Part shown: positions 38,971 to 50,531 of the stretch, one piece after another
Layout of the letters: each line of letters begins with the position of its first letter
Numbering within the stretch: the stretch's first letter is position 1
Origin: Schizochytrium sp. TIO01
Lineage: Eukaryota > Protista > Bigyra: Labyrinthulomycetes
NCBI GenBank assembly: GCA_004764695.1
Contig: SMSO01000032.1
Location: forward strand, 5,984,483-6,048,482
Direction: 5' to 3'
Length of the DNA stretch: 64,000 nucleotides
Program-made: the position numbers and the translations under genes
The notes under the pieces: generated by a model
What the model saw: the letters and a program-made list of their open reading frames with translations, nothing else
What the model was told of the DNA's origin: nothing
Database searches by the model: none

Positions 38971-41900
38971 TCATCGCAAGTAGTTTGCCAACAGCTTCCT
39001 CTTGTACTTCCAAGCTTCAGCCTTTGAGGCTCCGAGCTGTACATGTAGCGCACGCACCTCTTCCTGAAGAGCTTCGGTTTCCATATTACGCATAAATTCG
39101 CCTAAACGCGGACCACCATGCTGAGAAAACCCATGCAGGCGTAGTTTGCTCCACGCCTTTGCTTTACAAATAGCATCGCATCTCTGCTTGACAGTAATAA
39201 TACGCTGAATTGCCAATCCTGCAGCAAAGCGCCAGTCATCACTTGGTTTAATTCCGTGCAAGTCTTGCCTTTGCTTGACATGCCACGAGGTGCCTCGACG
39301 AGCTTCAGGGACAAATATTGAAATCAATATCCCATCAAACTCCTGGCCAAACTTTTTGTACGCATGTTCCCGCTTCAAAAGACCACGGTGAAAAGTCCTT
39401 GGGTCAACTTTGCCATTTGTATTTACTTCAAGTGTATTCACAAAGCGGTCTACTTCATTGAAATAACGAGTCTCCTTCACACGGCGGCGGAGCTTTCTGC
39501 GTAATTCTCCCGGATATAAGGGTTCTTTCTGGTAAAAGTCATGCCGTACAGGATCTACACCAAGACCCTCCGCAGTACGTGAATGCCACTTTGAAAACGC
39601 GCGCGCCAAGGCGCGTTGCAACACTTTACTCCACACAACAGCCACACGAGCCCCAGCCGCAGTCTGGTCAATCGCGGCACCGTAAACCTCCACCAACTCT
39701 TCAGCTCGATCACGTGCCAAAGCTTGTGACCAAATTCGAAAGGAGCGACTAAGTTCAACTTGCCTCATTTTATTGAAGATGCTGTCAAGGAAAATCACCG
39801 CCCCCCTGCGTCGCGTTTGTATGGTCCAGGCTTTGTGAACCTCATCAGCTTCTTCAAGCGCTTCTGTGGAGCGATCTCGTTCTTCTTGCCGTCCCTTTTC
39901 AACTGCCTCTTCGAGAGATGCCTGGTGAGCGTCTTTGAGTTTCGTCAGAGCCTCCACATGACTTTCGCTCTGCGCTCGCAGCCTTGCTTGCAATTGTTCC
40001 TCCAAAAGTTGGCTCTGGTTGAAAAACTTTTCACGTTGCTCATCAAGACAAGTCTTATAGTGCTCCTTCGCAGAACAAAGGGCGGACGCAAGTTCCATAG
40101 CTTGTGCTCGCCTCACTTCAGAAAGATCATCTTCATGTTTTTGTTTCAGTAGCGCAATAGTCTGGTCCCGAGTATGTCTCAACTCAAGAGCATCCTGACA
40201 AGCCTCATCTCGAGTCGCTTCGGCAGACCGTAATTGTTTACGGAGCTCCTCAACGTGCAAAGACAATGTAGAAGCCTCCTCCTCAGCTTCAGCGAGCCGA
40301 TCCTCGGCATCGCGAAACTTTCCCAAGGCTTCCTGTACTTGCTGATGGCTGTTGTAGAATTGATCGGGGCTTTTGCGCCGCGGTGACTGACTTTCAGTAC
40401 GAGATCGGGATAGTTCATTTTCCAGAGTTTTACATCGCTGAGTAAGCCTAGCAATACTCAATTTCGCGTCCAGCAGCTCACTTCGAGAGAACTCAATACC
40501 TCTAGGGGCATTCTTGCCCGCGAGAGGAACCCGACCTGTGTTGATGGTCTCCTTCATTTCTTTCTCAGCATCCTCACCGCTGTCCTCACTTTTCGTTATA
40601 CAGGCTTGGTGAAGTTGACGAGTCAAAGCTGCTCGTTCAATTCGGTCTCGTTCCATTTGTGTCGAATACTGCTCCCTAACCTTGTCCAATTCATCGCGAA
40701 GTCGGTCGCGCTCCGTCTCAGACTTACTCAACTCTTCTCGATACCTATTACTCTCCGAGAGTGCAACCTTCAGGAAGGCCAGAGACCGGTCGTCAGAATC
40801 TGTTGCGCGGGCATCTTCAAGTTCGCGCAATAGACGTTGCCGTGCTTTCTCTGCCAGAGCTAAGCGCTCTTCGAGTTGAAAGTTTTTGGTGTCTTTCCCT
40901 GGCCTAAACTGTTCTTGCTCCATAGGCACAGATACCAAGGGACTTGCTGAAAGAACTTCATCCACTGTTTCCTTGAACTGTCCGCTGTTATGAACATCAT
41001 TTTGCTCCATCTTGAATTTTGAATCATAAGCTTGCACTTTAGATGCTGAACCGTTAGGCGTAATACTCCAATCTTGGAACTGTTTGATGTCTGCGAGTTT
41101 AGCCCTCTGCCAGGCCAAGTATTTTGCTTCTGATTTTTTCTCTTCTGATTTCTCCTCTGACTCCTCTTTTTCCTCGATCTGACTCGATGGTAATGACTGA
41201 TTTTCGTTTTGATAAACGGGGCTGTCTTCTTCCTGGTGAGTATCTTCTCGCTTGCTTGCTCTGCTATTCTGCATGTCTTCTCCCTCGTCGACGTGCAACT
41301 CACTTTTGTTTCCAGCACCAGCTTGGCGCCAGTGCTCCTTCTGGGTAGAGCTATGTTCACCCACGTAATTTGTGTCTTCTACCTCCTCGTCTTCCGGCGG
41401 AGTCATTGGCGAAACACGTCCTGAGGTAACTTTGGGTGGTTGCGGAAGTGGCGATAGTCCATTTACCCCCCTAGACGTCGGTGATGGCGAAGATGGGGAA
41501 TACTTTGCCCATGAATTCGATTGTGTATTTGAATTTGCTGCAGATAACGGTTCTGAAGGTCCCGGTGATGCTTCTGTTGCTGGCTTTTTGTTTAACATTT
41601 CACTTAGGTCGTCCAGCACTGGGACTGTAATAGGCCTTGGCTCTTCGCGCTTCACAAGATTGATATTTGGCAATGCCGCCTTCGGGGTCTTTGCAACTTC
41701 ATTCCTGGGGGACCCGAAATGTGCCTCCGACTCGCGCTTCATGTCCTTGGCCGTTTCCATTTCCTGAGTTCGCTTCTCTCGAAATCTCTTTGCTTGTAAA
41801 CTCCCGTACTCTGCTAGCGAGAGACTTCCCTGTTTGGGGTCTCGCAAGATAACTTCTGCATTGTTCGAATTTTTCACACCGTCAATGTGGTCATACCCAT

Positions 41901-42648
41901 CTTCGAGAGGGATTTCAAATGAGAAAGATTTTCGCATAGATTTCGAGGACCGACAAGAGGCTGGTGTTCGAGGTCTACTTGTGGGAGATACAGGTACTGC
42001 GGCATGCTCCTCTGTGATGGCGTCGCCGTTGGGCCCAGTGCTGCCTCGCAGGCGTACCGACATCCCGCGCACCACGCGTTCGAGAAAAGCCGGGTAATCC
42101 TTGAGCTTAATACGCATTTTACGGGCCTGTTTATGGCATTCGGTCAGCGTCGGAATGTCTGGATACGTTAGCCCCGAAGGGCCATCTGCGTAGCGTTCCC
42201 TTGTCACGTCTTCAACAACAAACTGATACAATGCCGTGAAAAGCTTCGTGCGGTCTTCGTCTGCCTCCATGGTTACACGAACCCATTCGTGCTCCATGCC
42301 TCGCGAAAGCAAGTGGCCCAAGTGGCAATTGACCACGCCGTGGTACCTCCACTGCAGCTGCACAGTTACAGGCTTTACCCAGCAAGAGTGGCCAGACTCG
42401 CGGTGGAGATAATACACGCGTCCATAGCTGTCTTTAGTCTCCTCCCAACCGTGTGGAATTCCGCCTTCCAGGGTCGACGTGCGACCTCGCGGAGATAACG
42501 AGGCGTTCATGTGTTCAAAGTGCCGCACCTGCTCGTTTTGGTGGTCTAGGAGCCTTTCTCGCGTTGTCAAGCCACCGTCCTTGCGCCGAGGACTTCGTAA
42601 CCTCGTCATTGGTCTGGCAGCTCGGCCACCTTGAGAAGCGAGTGGCAT
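38971..42648 (-). CDS. Large WW-domain and coiled-coil protein
   Basis: WW domain IPHGWEETKDSYGRVYYLHRESGHSCWVKP; long heptad regions; first ATG at 42648 in an ORF of more than 1200 codons. Confidence 0.85.
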   Translation of the reverse strand: MPLASQGGRAARPMTRLRSPRRKDGGLTTRERLLDHQNEQVRHFEHMNASLSPRGRTSTLEGGIPHGWEETKDSYGRVYYLHRESGHSCWVKPVTVQLQWRYHGVVNCHLGHLLSRGMEHEWVRVTMEADEDRTKLFTALYQFVVEDVTRERYADGPSGLTYPDIPTLTECHKQARKMRIKLKDYPAFLERVVRGMSVRLRGSTGPNGDAITEEHAAVPVSPTSRPRTPASCRSSKSMRKSFSFEIPLEDGYDHIDGVKNSNNAEVILRDPKQGSLSLAEYGSLQAKRFREKRTQEMETAKDMKRESEAHFGSPRNEVAKTPKAALPNINLVKREEPRPITVPVLDDLSEMLNKKPATEASPGPSEPLSAANSNTQSNSWAKYSPSSPSPTSRGVNGLSPLPQPPKVTSGRVSPMTPPEDEEVEDTNYVGEHSSTQKEHWRQAGAGNKSELHVDEGEDMQNSRASKREDTHQEEDSPVYQNENQSLPSSQIEEKEESEEKSEEKKSEAKYLAWQRAKLADIKQFQDWSITPNGSASKVQAYDSKFKMEQNDVHNSGQFKETVDEVLSASPLVSVPMEQEQFRPGKDTKNFQLEERLALAEKARQRLLRELEDARATDSDDRSLAFLKVALSESNRYREELSKSETERDRLRDELDKVREQYSTQMERDRIERAALTRQLHQACITKSEDSGEDAEKEMKETINTGRVPLAGKNAPRGIEFSRSELLDAKLSIARLTQRCKTLENELSRSRTESQSPRRKSPDQFYNSHQQVQEALGKFRDAEDRLAEAEEEASTLSLHVEELRKQLRSAEATRDEACQDALELRHTRDQTIALLKQKHEDDLSEVRRAQAMELASALCSAKEHYKTCLDEQREKFFNQSQLLEEQLQARLRAQSESHVEALTKLKDAHQASLEEAVEKGRQEERDRSTEALEEADEVHKAWTIQTRRRGAVIFLDSIFNKMRQVELSRSFRIWSQALARDRAEELVEVYGAAIDQTAAGARVAVVWSKVLQRALARAFSKWHSRTAEGLGVDPVRHDFYQKEPLYPGELRRKLRRRVKETRYFNEVDRFVNTLEVNTNGKVDPRTFHRGLLKREHAYKKFGQEFDGILISIFVPEARRGTSWHVKQRQDLHGIKPSDDWRFAAGLAIQRIITVKQRCDAICKAKAWSKLRLHGFSQHGGPRLGEFMRNMETEALQEEVRALHVQLGASKAEAWKYKRKLLANYLR

Positions 42649-44349
42649 TTGAATGCAGTGCTCCCCAGCTCTAGATGCTTGTAAAGAAGCAGTGACAGAG
42701 GATATAACCCAAATTAACAAACAGAGGTCCGGAAACTTGCAGAAGCACTAAGCGGGGAACTATACGTAAGGAACCGAGAAATGGATCCCTTTCTTTAAGA
42801 AACCAAACAAGATGGACGCCTTCCTCCCTTTCTCAGCAGATCAGCTTGGCGTTAAGAAGGTCGAACGGGTGGATTGGTCTTGGTGACTTTGATTGCGATT
42901 TTCAATACACGTGAGACTTCTCAAGAATCACCCAGGTGTGCGTGCTCAAGAGGCGAAGGGGTGGTAGTGTAGACTTATCCTTCAGGTGACCAGCTTGACT
43001 CCGTGCTCGGGTGGAAGATTTACGAGTGATCGGCAACACCGACGGCGATAACAATTACTCCCTCGATGAAACGAACTATCGTATTTGATTGCACTCACTG
43101 GTGCCTCTACCGCTAGCAATGGCTTTGACGCTGCTCTAAACTAGATAGGGGTGAGGCGACAGACTAGACGAGACTCCAGTGAGCAAGTGCGGCTTACGGA
43201 AAAGCTCGCGTGGGCGGACCAGCTCACTATTACTACTACCGACGCAGCTTCCAACTACTCGCAGCAGCGGTCTGCATAAATAACCTCAGCCCTCGCCCTC
43301 GCCCTCGCCGCCACGCCCACCAGCAGGCAGTCTCGTTCCTCACGTGGCAACAGCGAATTGCATATACCATAAGCCTGCACAGGCATACATTTCACCGCTC
43401 AACATTAATGAACCCAGCCTCTCCTCCCTCTTCAATACCTACAAATAATTATAAACATTTGGGCCCAACATGGTGCGCACGCGATGCTAGCCGTTAGCTC
43501 CCAAACTGGGTTGCTCACGTTCCTAAAGTTCCAACCTTTACGACCCTTCCCATTCCCTGCGTTCCCCTCCTCCCCCCTCCCTCATGTTCCAAATGTTCTA
43601 GGCACAAAGATCGTGCCCACTACTACTACTCCTACTACTCCTCCTACTATTCCTACTACTCCTACTAAAACAGAGAAGATCGTTTTTGGGATCCCTTTCT
43701 TTCACGTCTGACTCCTAGTGTGTTCTTATCGTTAACTGCTAAGAGGTTACGTATGCAAGCAGTCCTACTACGTGTGCCTAGCAAGCTTAGCCAGAGTGCG
43801 TGCCTTTGAGGTCTTTCTTTGGTCTATCTTTCTCCAGATCTCTCTCTCTGCCTCTCTCTCCACATCAGCGGACTCGACGCAGCGCCGGGTCTTGCGCGGG
43901 CGGGCCCTGCAGGTGCATGCCCTCTCTCCGCGCCCGCCCCGGCACGGCTCGCCTGCGCCTGGCACGGGCCTCCGCAGCGCTGCGAGCGGGTCTGTCTGAT
44001 CATGATGGCGAAGCAGGTTGGGATACAAATTGATTGCTTGCGCTTCTTCAGTTCCTCTTCCTCAGCGGCGGCTCTAGGACTCCCTAATGGCTCCTAGGCA
44101 GGCGACTCCTACCGCCGCTGGTAGCTGAGGGGCTAGCCATCCGCCAGGTAGCAGGCGCCTAGCCAGCTGCTAGGGGCTAGTGCGAGGATATCCTCGCGTT
44201 AGCGACCATCGTTGTGATCCTGGCCCTGTAGGGGTCGGCTAGCCGGTTCCGTAGGAGTTGTTTGGGAGCTGTGCAGGGCACTCCTGGGGTTGCGGGTAGG
44301 TGGGTGCTAGAGACACAAAGAATTCAAAGAGAGAGGTACAAAGGAGGAA

Positions 44350-44383
44350 GAAGAGAGAAAGAAAGAAAGAAAGAAAGAGATGG

Positions 44384-44427
<44 letters not shown>

Positions 44428-44504
44428 CATTGATTGATTCATTGATTCATTGATTCATTCTTTCATTCTTTCATTCTTTCATTGATTCTTTCATTGATTC
44501 TTTC

Positions 44505-44535
<31 letters not shown>

Positions 44536-44725
44536 CATTCATTGATTCATTCATCGATTCATTGATTGATTCCTTCGTTTCTAACAGATGGAGGATCTTC
44601 CTATGGGCTCTTAGGAAGAAAGCAGACAGAGAAAGAATAAGTAAGTGAGTGAATCTGTTTTTGTTTTTGTTTTTGTTTTTGTATTTGTATTTGTTTTGCA
44701 TTGTTGTTGTTGTTGTTGTTGTTGT
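44350..44725. repeat. Compound microsatellite (GAAA)n/(GATT)n/(ATTC)n/(TTTTTG)n/(TTG)n
   Basis: Directly read. Confidence 0.9.
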
Positions 44726-44973
44726 TATGAGTGGGAAATAAAGAGAGCACGAATTTGGATGTTGGGGTGATGAGATAGATTGATTGCTAATCGATGGGAA
44801 ACTGAGGAACAAATTCCATTCTCCAGAACAGAGCGAGCAAAACCCGAATCGCGGCTCCCGAGCAGGCAGCGGCGGATTGGCGTCTTGGGAAGAGGTAGCT
44901 AGCTGGTCGCGCGGTGCCCGGCGGTTCGCGGAGGTCTGACTGACTGACGCCTTGCAGTCTCGACGATCCAAAG

Positions 44974-46782
44974 ATGCGCAGCCAGAACGGTAGTATCGCG
45001 GCAAGGGCCGGAAAGGCCTGGGTGGGACTCGTCCTCACGAGAGAAGGACTTACAGCGCCATGTGCAGCCCCTTCGCTGGCCACGATCGGCCTACGCGGAG
45101 GTCGCGGAGGCATTCGCCAGGCACGCTGGTTCTCGGGATCTTCTGCTGGGCAGTGGGAGCGTAGTGGCATGGTTCTGGACGGTGATGTGCAAGCCGGCTC
45201 AGAGGCTTACGAGACAAACCGCAAGGCTATGCGAGCGGAGATCGACCGCCTCCAGACGCTCCTGGACAAAGCCCGCGAGGGAGGTGGACCCAAGGCTCGC
45301 AAGAAGCACACCGATCGTGGCAAACTCCCTGTGCGTGAGCGAATTGACAAGCTCGTCGATGCAGGATCACCATTCCTTGAGCTCTCCCCGCTTGCAGGAC
45401 ACGAACTCTACGATGGTATCGACGTGCCAGCAGGTAGTATTGTGACCGGAATTGGCCAGGTCCGTGGTGTACCTTGTATGATTGTGGCGAATGATGCCAC
45501 TGTCAAGGGCGGTACATACTTCCCCATTACGGTAAAGAAGCACCTCCGAGCACAGGAAATCGCCATGGAAAACAAGCTTCCCTGCATTTACCTTGTTGAT
45601 AGCGGTGGCGCCTATCTTCCTATGCAGAGTGAGGTGTTTCCTGATGCCGACCACTTTGGACGCATCTTCTACAACCAGGCCCGCATGTCAGGCATGGGTA
45701 TTCCTCAGATTGCATCCGTTATGGGCTCATGTACCGCCGGCGGTGCTTACGTGCCAGCCATGTGTGACGAATCAATCATCGTGCGTGGTACAGGTACCAT
45801 CTTTCTTGGAGGCCCTCCTCTTGTTCGCGCTGCCACCGGCGAAATTATCGACGCCGAGTCCCTTGGTGGTGCAGACTTACACTCCCGCGAGTCTGGTGTC
45901 ACAGACCATCTCGCCGAGAATGACCACCACGCTATTGAGATCGCTCGCGATATTGTTGGCAATCTCAACCTTGAGGGCCGTATCTACAAGCCGGCCGTTG
46001 CTCCCGAGGAACCTCTCTTTGATGTCAACGAGATGGACGGAATCCTTCCTGCTGATGCGCGTCAGAGTTTTGACATTCGCAAGGTGATTGCCCGCGTGGT
46101 TGACGGCTCGCGCTTTTCCGAATTTAAAGCCAACTACGGCACCACCCTTGTTTGTGGCTTTGCCAAAATTCAGGGCCAGAATGTTGGTATTGTCGCCAAC
46201 AATGGTATTCTCTTTTCTGAGTCTGCCCTCAAGGGAGCACACTTTGTGGAACTTTGCTGCCAGCGCCGCACCCCCATTATCTTCTTGCAAAATATCACCG
46301 GATTCATGGTTGGTAGCAAATATGAGGCTGAAGGTATCGCCAAGAATGGCGCTAAACTTGTCACTGCAGTCTCTTGTGCAAACGTGCCCAAGATTACCTG
46401 CATCATCGGCAACTCCTACGGTGCTGGTAACTATGGCATGTGTGGCCGTGCCTATGGCCCGCGTATGGTCTTCATGTGGCCTAATGCCAAGATTGCCGTG
46501 ATGGGTGGAGAGCAGGCTGGTACTGTCTTGGCTCAGGTTGCTAAGGATAACTACGAAAAAGCTGGCAAAGAACTTTCTGCGGAGGAAGAGGCACGTATTA
46601 AGGATCCCATTCTTAAGCAGTTCGAGCGGGAGTCTCATTCTACCTATTCCTCTGCTCGTCTCTGGGATGATGGCGTCATTGAGCCTTCGCAAACCCGTAA
46701 TGTTTTGTCCTATGCACTTCACGCTGTAACTGCCTACGAGGAGCCCCAAGCTTCGACTAAGTTCGGTGTTTTCCGTATGTAA
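44974..46782 (+). CDS. MCCC2: 3-methylcrotonoyl-CoA carboxylase beta (carboxyltransferase) subunit, mitochondrial
   Basis: [70 protein letters not shown]-terminal FGVFRM; Arg-rich presequence. Confidence 0.97.
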   Translation: MRSQNGSIAARAGKAWVGLVLTREGLTAPCAAPSLATIGLRGGRGGIRQARWFSGSSAGQWERSGMVLDGDVQAGSEAYETNRKAMRAEIDRLQTLLDKAREGGGPKARKKHTDRGKLPVRERIDKLVDAGSPFLELSPLAGHELYDGIDVPAGSIVTGIGQVRGVPCMIVANDATVKGGTYFPITVKKHLRAQEIAMENKLPCIYLVDSGGAYLPMQSEVFPDADHFGRIFYNQARMSGMGIPQIASVMGSCTAGGAYVPAMCDESIIVRGTGTIFLGGPPLVRAATGEIIDAESLGGADLHSRESGVTDHLAENDHHAIEIARDIVGNLNLEGRIYKPAVAPEEPLFDVNEMDGILPADARQSFDIRKVIARVVDGSRFSEFKANYGTTLVCGFAKIQGQNVGIVANNGILFSESALKGAHFVELCCQRRTPIIFLQNITGFMVGSKYEAEGIAKNGAKLVTAVSCANVPKITCIIGNSYGAGNYGMCGRAYGPRMVFMWPNAKIAVMGGEQAGTVLAQVAKDNYEKAGKELSAEEEARIKDPILKQFERESHSTYSSARLWDDGVIEPSQTRNVLSYALHAVTAYEEPQASTKFGVFRM

Positions 46783-47882
46783 GCGCGCTCGATTGAGTGG
46801 ACCATGCTTGGTTCAGAGGAACTTATAGTCTATCTACAAGGAAATACTTGCATCGATGCCAACCGTTTCATTACATCACGTTTCTTAGATGCATGGTGTC
46901 CGGAGAAATTTCTCTTCTTCACCTGCATTTTTTTCTTCCTATTTGCGTCTTTTAAAATAACATCTGTCATTTCCAATGCCTCTCTTTCTTTCGATTCCTT
47001 CCCTCTGAATACTTGCATCTTTCAGTCGCCATTAAGTCTTTGGAACACGCGCTTTACTTCTAAAGACAGTCTGCTGGAGTCCTCCATCTGAAAAGAAAAA
47101 AAAATTGAGATTAGCAATGATTCTGTGTAAGCATTGGTCTTCTCTATTTGCTTGCGATCAAGTTACACGGTGATTCAAGTTAAACCAACCGAGTCGAAGT
47201 CATCGGGGAGTCCCGGTGTTTTGTTTTGAAAAAGGGTAGGTGGTTTATTACATATCCTACGTATTCTTTGATTACTAAACCGTTGTCAGGAAGCTCTTCA
47301 CGCAAAGACATTTTTTGTTTTTTTAGTAAAATGATGAATCAGATTACCTGTTCCTTACTGATGCCTTTTGATTTTAGAAAAACTGGAGGAGAAGGTGGCT
47401 CTTTATGAGCAAGAACGTACTTTTTATTTTTTTATTTTTTTATTTTTTTACAAAGAAAGCTACTTTCAGAGACGATTCATTATCGTAGAATGAAGAAAGC
47501 AATAATTGAATTCTGATAAGTTTATATCCAACAAAGTTGAAACCATCGAAGCAACAAATATACTGAATCGAAAGAAAGCCAGAGTCACAAATACGATTGA
47601 CACGATCCATTAGTGACTTTCGTTGAACAAGATTATATGAGAAAAGGGACACTCACATCGAAAGAAAAAAAAAAGAGTAACGGAGACAAGAACGGGTCAT
47701 TGCAAGCTCGCACTAAAAACATGTTTTTTGATTCAAATATGTAATTATCGTCATCATTCTGAGGTGTCTCCACGATTAGACAACTGTATTATGAGTTGTC
47801 GAAATACATCGTCAAACAATTCAACTAGTCTGTGAAATGCTGCTGCTGTTGTTGCTACAAATCATGAAATACGAATCTTCAT

Positions 47883-50531
47883 CTACCGACCACCGGTGGA
47901 CGAGGAAGCTGCTGAAGACGACGACGAGGAGGAGGTGGTGTGATCGCAAATGGAACCAATGTGATAGTTGCGATGCGTAGTGGAACCGGTCTTGTCGCTG
48001 TACAAAGCAGAGATTGACCGCAAACTCCGCTCAATGTATTCTTCAGGCAGTCCCTGCATTTTTGCGCCCTTGATAACACAGTTGCGGTACTGTCTCGAAG
48101 GCTTGTAACGCTTGTACTTGTGTTGGATGTCGTCACCGGCGGTCAAACTTGCAACCTTGTAAGTAATGCAAGTGTGTTCGTTACCACGCGCATCACGAAC
48201 GCGGACCCTTACAGGCTTTAACGAACTTGTTTCGCTGCTTGCCAGGTTGTGACGGTCCAAAACCTCTCGCTGAGAGCGGTCGATCCTGTAAACAACACCA
48301 AAAACTGCGCCTGATTGCACAGGGATAAGATCAGCCACTCCACTCTTCCATGCACGCTTTGATAGGTATGAGTAGTCATACGTAAAGCCCTCAAGTCTAG
48401 CTACAGCAACCTTGACGGCGCTTGTAATACCACTCACATACAGTACGTCAAATAGCATATCGGGGCCATACGCAAAGTACAAAAAGTGTTCATCGTCATT
48501 CACACTCATTTGACTCATAGAGGCTCCGCCACGGGCATACTTCAGTGCTGTCTGAACATCCTCTTGGGAACCAGGCATCTCCTCAGATAAATGCTTAGAG
48601 GATGACTGACGGGACGAAAGGGAGGAAGAAGAGGCTCCGCTAGCTGCACTCATTTGCGCAAAGCGCTTTGACATTTCATAATCTCGGCGGTCCTTTTCAG
48701 AAAGTTCCATGTCTTCGCCAGGGTTGAAGCCGCGAAGCTTTGACTCAGGGATAGCAGCATCATCCGTTTCAGGAAGGCCACCATCGTCATCTCCTTCATC
48801 AGCATCTGCGACGTCATCATCTTCAGCCTCCTCGACACGGTCAGGATCGTCGTTCGCGGTGTCGTCTTCGTCAGCATCTTCGTCTTCATCTGCAGATGCG
48901 CTGTCATCATCCACATCTTCCTCTTCATCCATTTCCTCTTCATCGTCGTCACTGCGCTCTTCGCGAGGCTCCTCATCCTCCTCTTCATCCTCGTCCTCAC
49001 CACCTCTGGGAATGGCCTCCTCTTCCTCGTCGTCATCACTTGAAGCAGAGTTGCCACTACTAGAGGTGGCGGCTTCTTCTGCGCCGTTGCAGAATGCAGA
49101 GGGTCTGCGGAACTCACCGAGCAAGTGTTTGGCAAGCGCCACAATACCCTGCGCAACATCCTTTGAGTCACCAACGATATCTTCTTCAGGGACAATGATA
49201 GCCTTCTTATCGCTTGACTTACTGCTCGACTTGCGGCTTTTCTTACCCGCAGGAGGAAGCGGCTTTGCAACGCCAAAGGTATACGAGAGACTGAGACCAA
49301 GTTGGTTCTGCGCCCAGCTAATCGACAAATCAGTTGGGTGAGACTTGCTGCTATGTTTACTTGGCTTTGCTTGCATCACAGTCGAGTATGTCTTGGTTGA
49401 GCTCATTTTTTCTGCAATTTGTTGGCCAACCTTGACTTGCTCATCCAATGCATTACTGCGGATGCATGTCTTGTTAAGAGGGTATGTCACGAGGCCTGAG
49501 CAGCACTGAACGGTTACAAATGCGGAAAGCCCATCGTCCTTGAGAGAGTTCAGGTACTCGCGTACAGCCTTGGGCTCAGACTGCGAGAAGCTCGCCCAGT
49601 CGTCGCGAAAGTCGACACCCTTGACTGAACTGTGTCGGCGAATTGGCGCACGGTTCTTCATGTAGTTGCGTGCATCGTGCGACTTGGATTTGAAGGTGTA
49701 GGCCATGCCATCCGGGTTAAGAACAGGGATCACATGGAGTTTAAGAGACTTGAGGACATTCGTCACATCATCATTAATACCATACAAGAGTGTTAAACGG
49801 CTGACAATGTACGAAAGATACATTGGCACACTCCACTCCGAGCCGTGCTCCGAACCAAGGATAACAATATGGCGATCTCCCTTGCCAAGAACATAGACAT
49901 CCAGGTTGCGCTTTTCATAGGTCTGGCCGATTGATTGGGCACTGATGATACCCACCTCATGATACTTGTCAACGTAGGATTGGAGAAAATCATGAACCTC
50001 ATCCTCACCCTTGTAAGCTTGAAAGAAGCTTGTAAAATCAGACTTCATATCGGCTTGACGGGCTTGCTGCTCTGCGCGGAGCGAGGCTGCCTCAGACTCA
50101 GCCTCAGAGCTGCTACCTCCACCCATGCCACGGCTGCTGCCGCCATCCTCATCTTCTTCTTCCTCGTCACCATCAGCGTCGGCATCAGAATCCTCCTCTT
50201 CCTCTTCCTCTCCATCATCATCAAGGCCGCCGCCGCCGCCGCCACCACTATCATCACTGTCATCATCATCGTCATCGAAGGAGCCAAGGGCACCTCCAGA
50301 TATGGCCATACCACCTCCAAAAGCACCGCGCTCGTTCGCTGTAACAAGTTCCGACTCCATACCACCGTCAGAAAAAGTGACCGCAGCGAAGAGCAAAAGA
50401 GCTACAATACCAACAAAGTACATAAGCCTTGTTCTGCCAGCTTGCGTAGACGTGTCAAATTGTTTTCGGACCTTGACAGAAAAGAAAATTAAGACCTGAG
50501 TCTTGAACCTTGAGAATGCATCGCCCGCCAT
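47883..50531 (-). CDS. Type II membrane protein: M14 carboxypeptidase-like domain + acidic linkers + gamma-glutamylcyclotransferase (GGCT/AIG2)-like domain
   Basis: TM LMYFVGIVALLLFAAVTF; M14 IGQTYEKRNL, EHGSEW, IPVLNPDG; GGCT-like YFAYGPDM, GVADLIP..GAVFGVVYRI, PSRQY...GA...GLPEEY. Confidence 0.8.
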   Translation of the reverse strand: MAGDAFSRFKTQVLIFFSVKVRKQFDTSTQAGRTRLMYFVGIVALLLFAAVTFSDGGMESELVTANERGAFGGGMAISGGALGSFDDDDDDSDDSGGGGGGGLDDDGEEEEEEDSDADADGDEEEEDEDGGSSRGMGGGSSSEAESEAASLRAEQQARQADMKSDFTSFFQAYKGEDEVHDFLQSYVDKYHEVGIISAQSIGQTYEKRNLDVYVLGKGDRHIVILGSEHGSEWSVPMYLSYIVSRLTLLYGINDDVTNVLKSLKLHVIPVLNPDGMAYTFKSKSHDARNYMKNRAPIRRHSSVKGVDFRDDWASFSQSEPKAVREYLNSLKDDGLSAFVTVQCCSGLVTYPLNKTCIRSNALDEQVKVGQQIAEKMSSTKTYSTVMQAKPSKHSSKSHPTDLSISWAQNQLGLSLSYTFGVAKPLPPAGKKSRKSSSKSSDKKAIIVPEEDIVGDSKDVAQGIVALAKHLLGEFRRPSAFCNGAEEAATSSSGNSASSDDDEEEEAIPRGGEDEDEEEDEEPREERSDDDEEEMDEEEDVDDDSASADEDEDADEDDTANDDPDRVEEAEDDDVADADEGDDDGGLPETDDAAIPESKLRGFNPGEDMELSEKDRRDYEMSKRFAQMSAASGASSSSLSSRQSSSKHLSEEMPGSQEDVQTALKYARGGASMSQMSVNDDEHFLYFAYGPDMLFDVLYVSGITSAVKVAVARLEGFTYDYSYLSKRAWKSGVADLIPVQSGAVFGVVYRIDRSQREVLDRHNLASSETSSLKPVRVRVRDARGNEHTCITYKVASLTAGDDIQHKYKRYKPSRQYRNCVIKGAKMQGLPEEYIERSLRSISALYSDKTGSTTHRNYHIGSICDHTTSSSSSSSAASSSTGGR

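Noticed and set aside
45877-50499. Antisense and alternate-frame ORFs over MCCC2 and the M14-GGCT gene
   Set aside because: Shadows of codon bias and low-complexity acidic tracts; no independent motifs.
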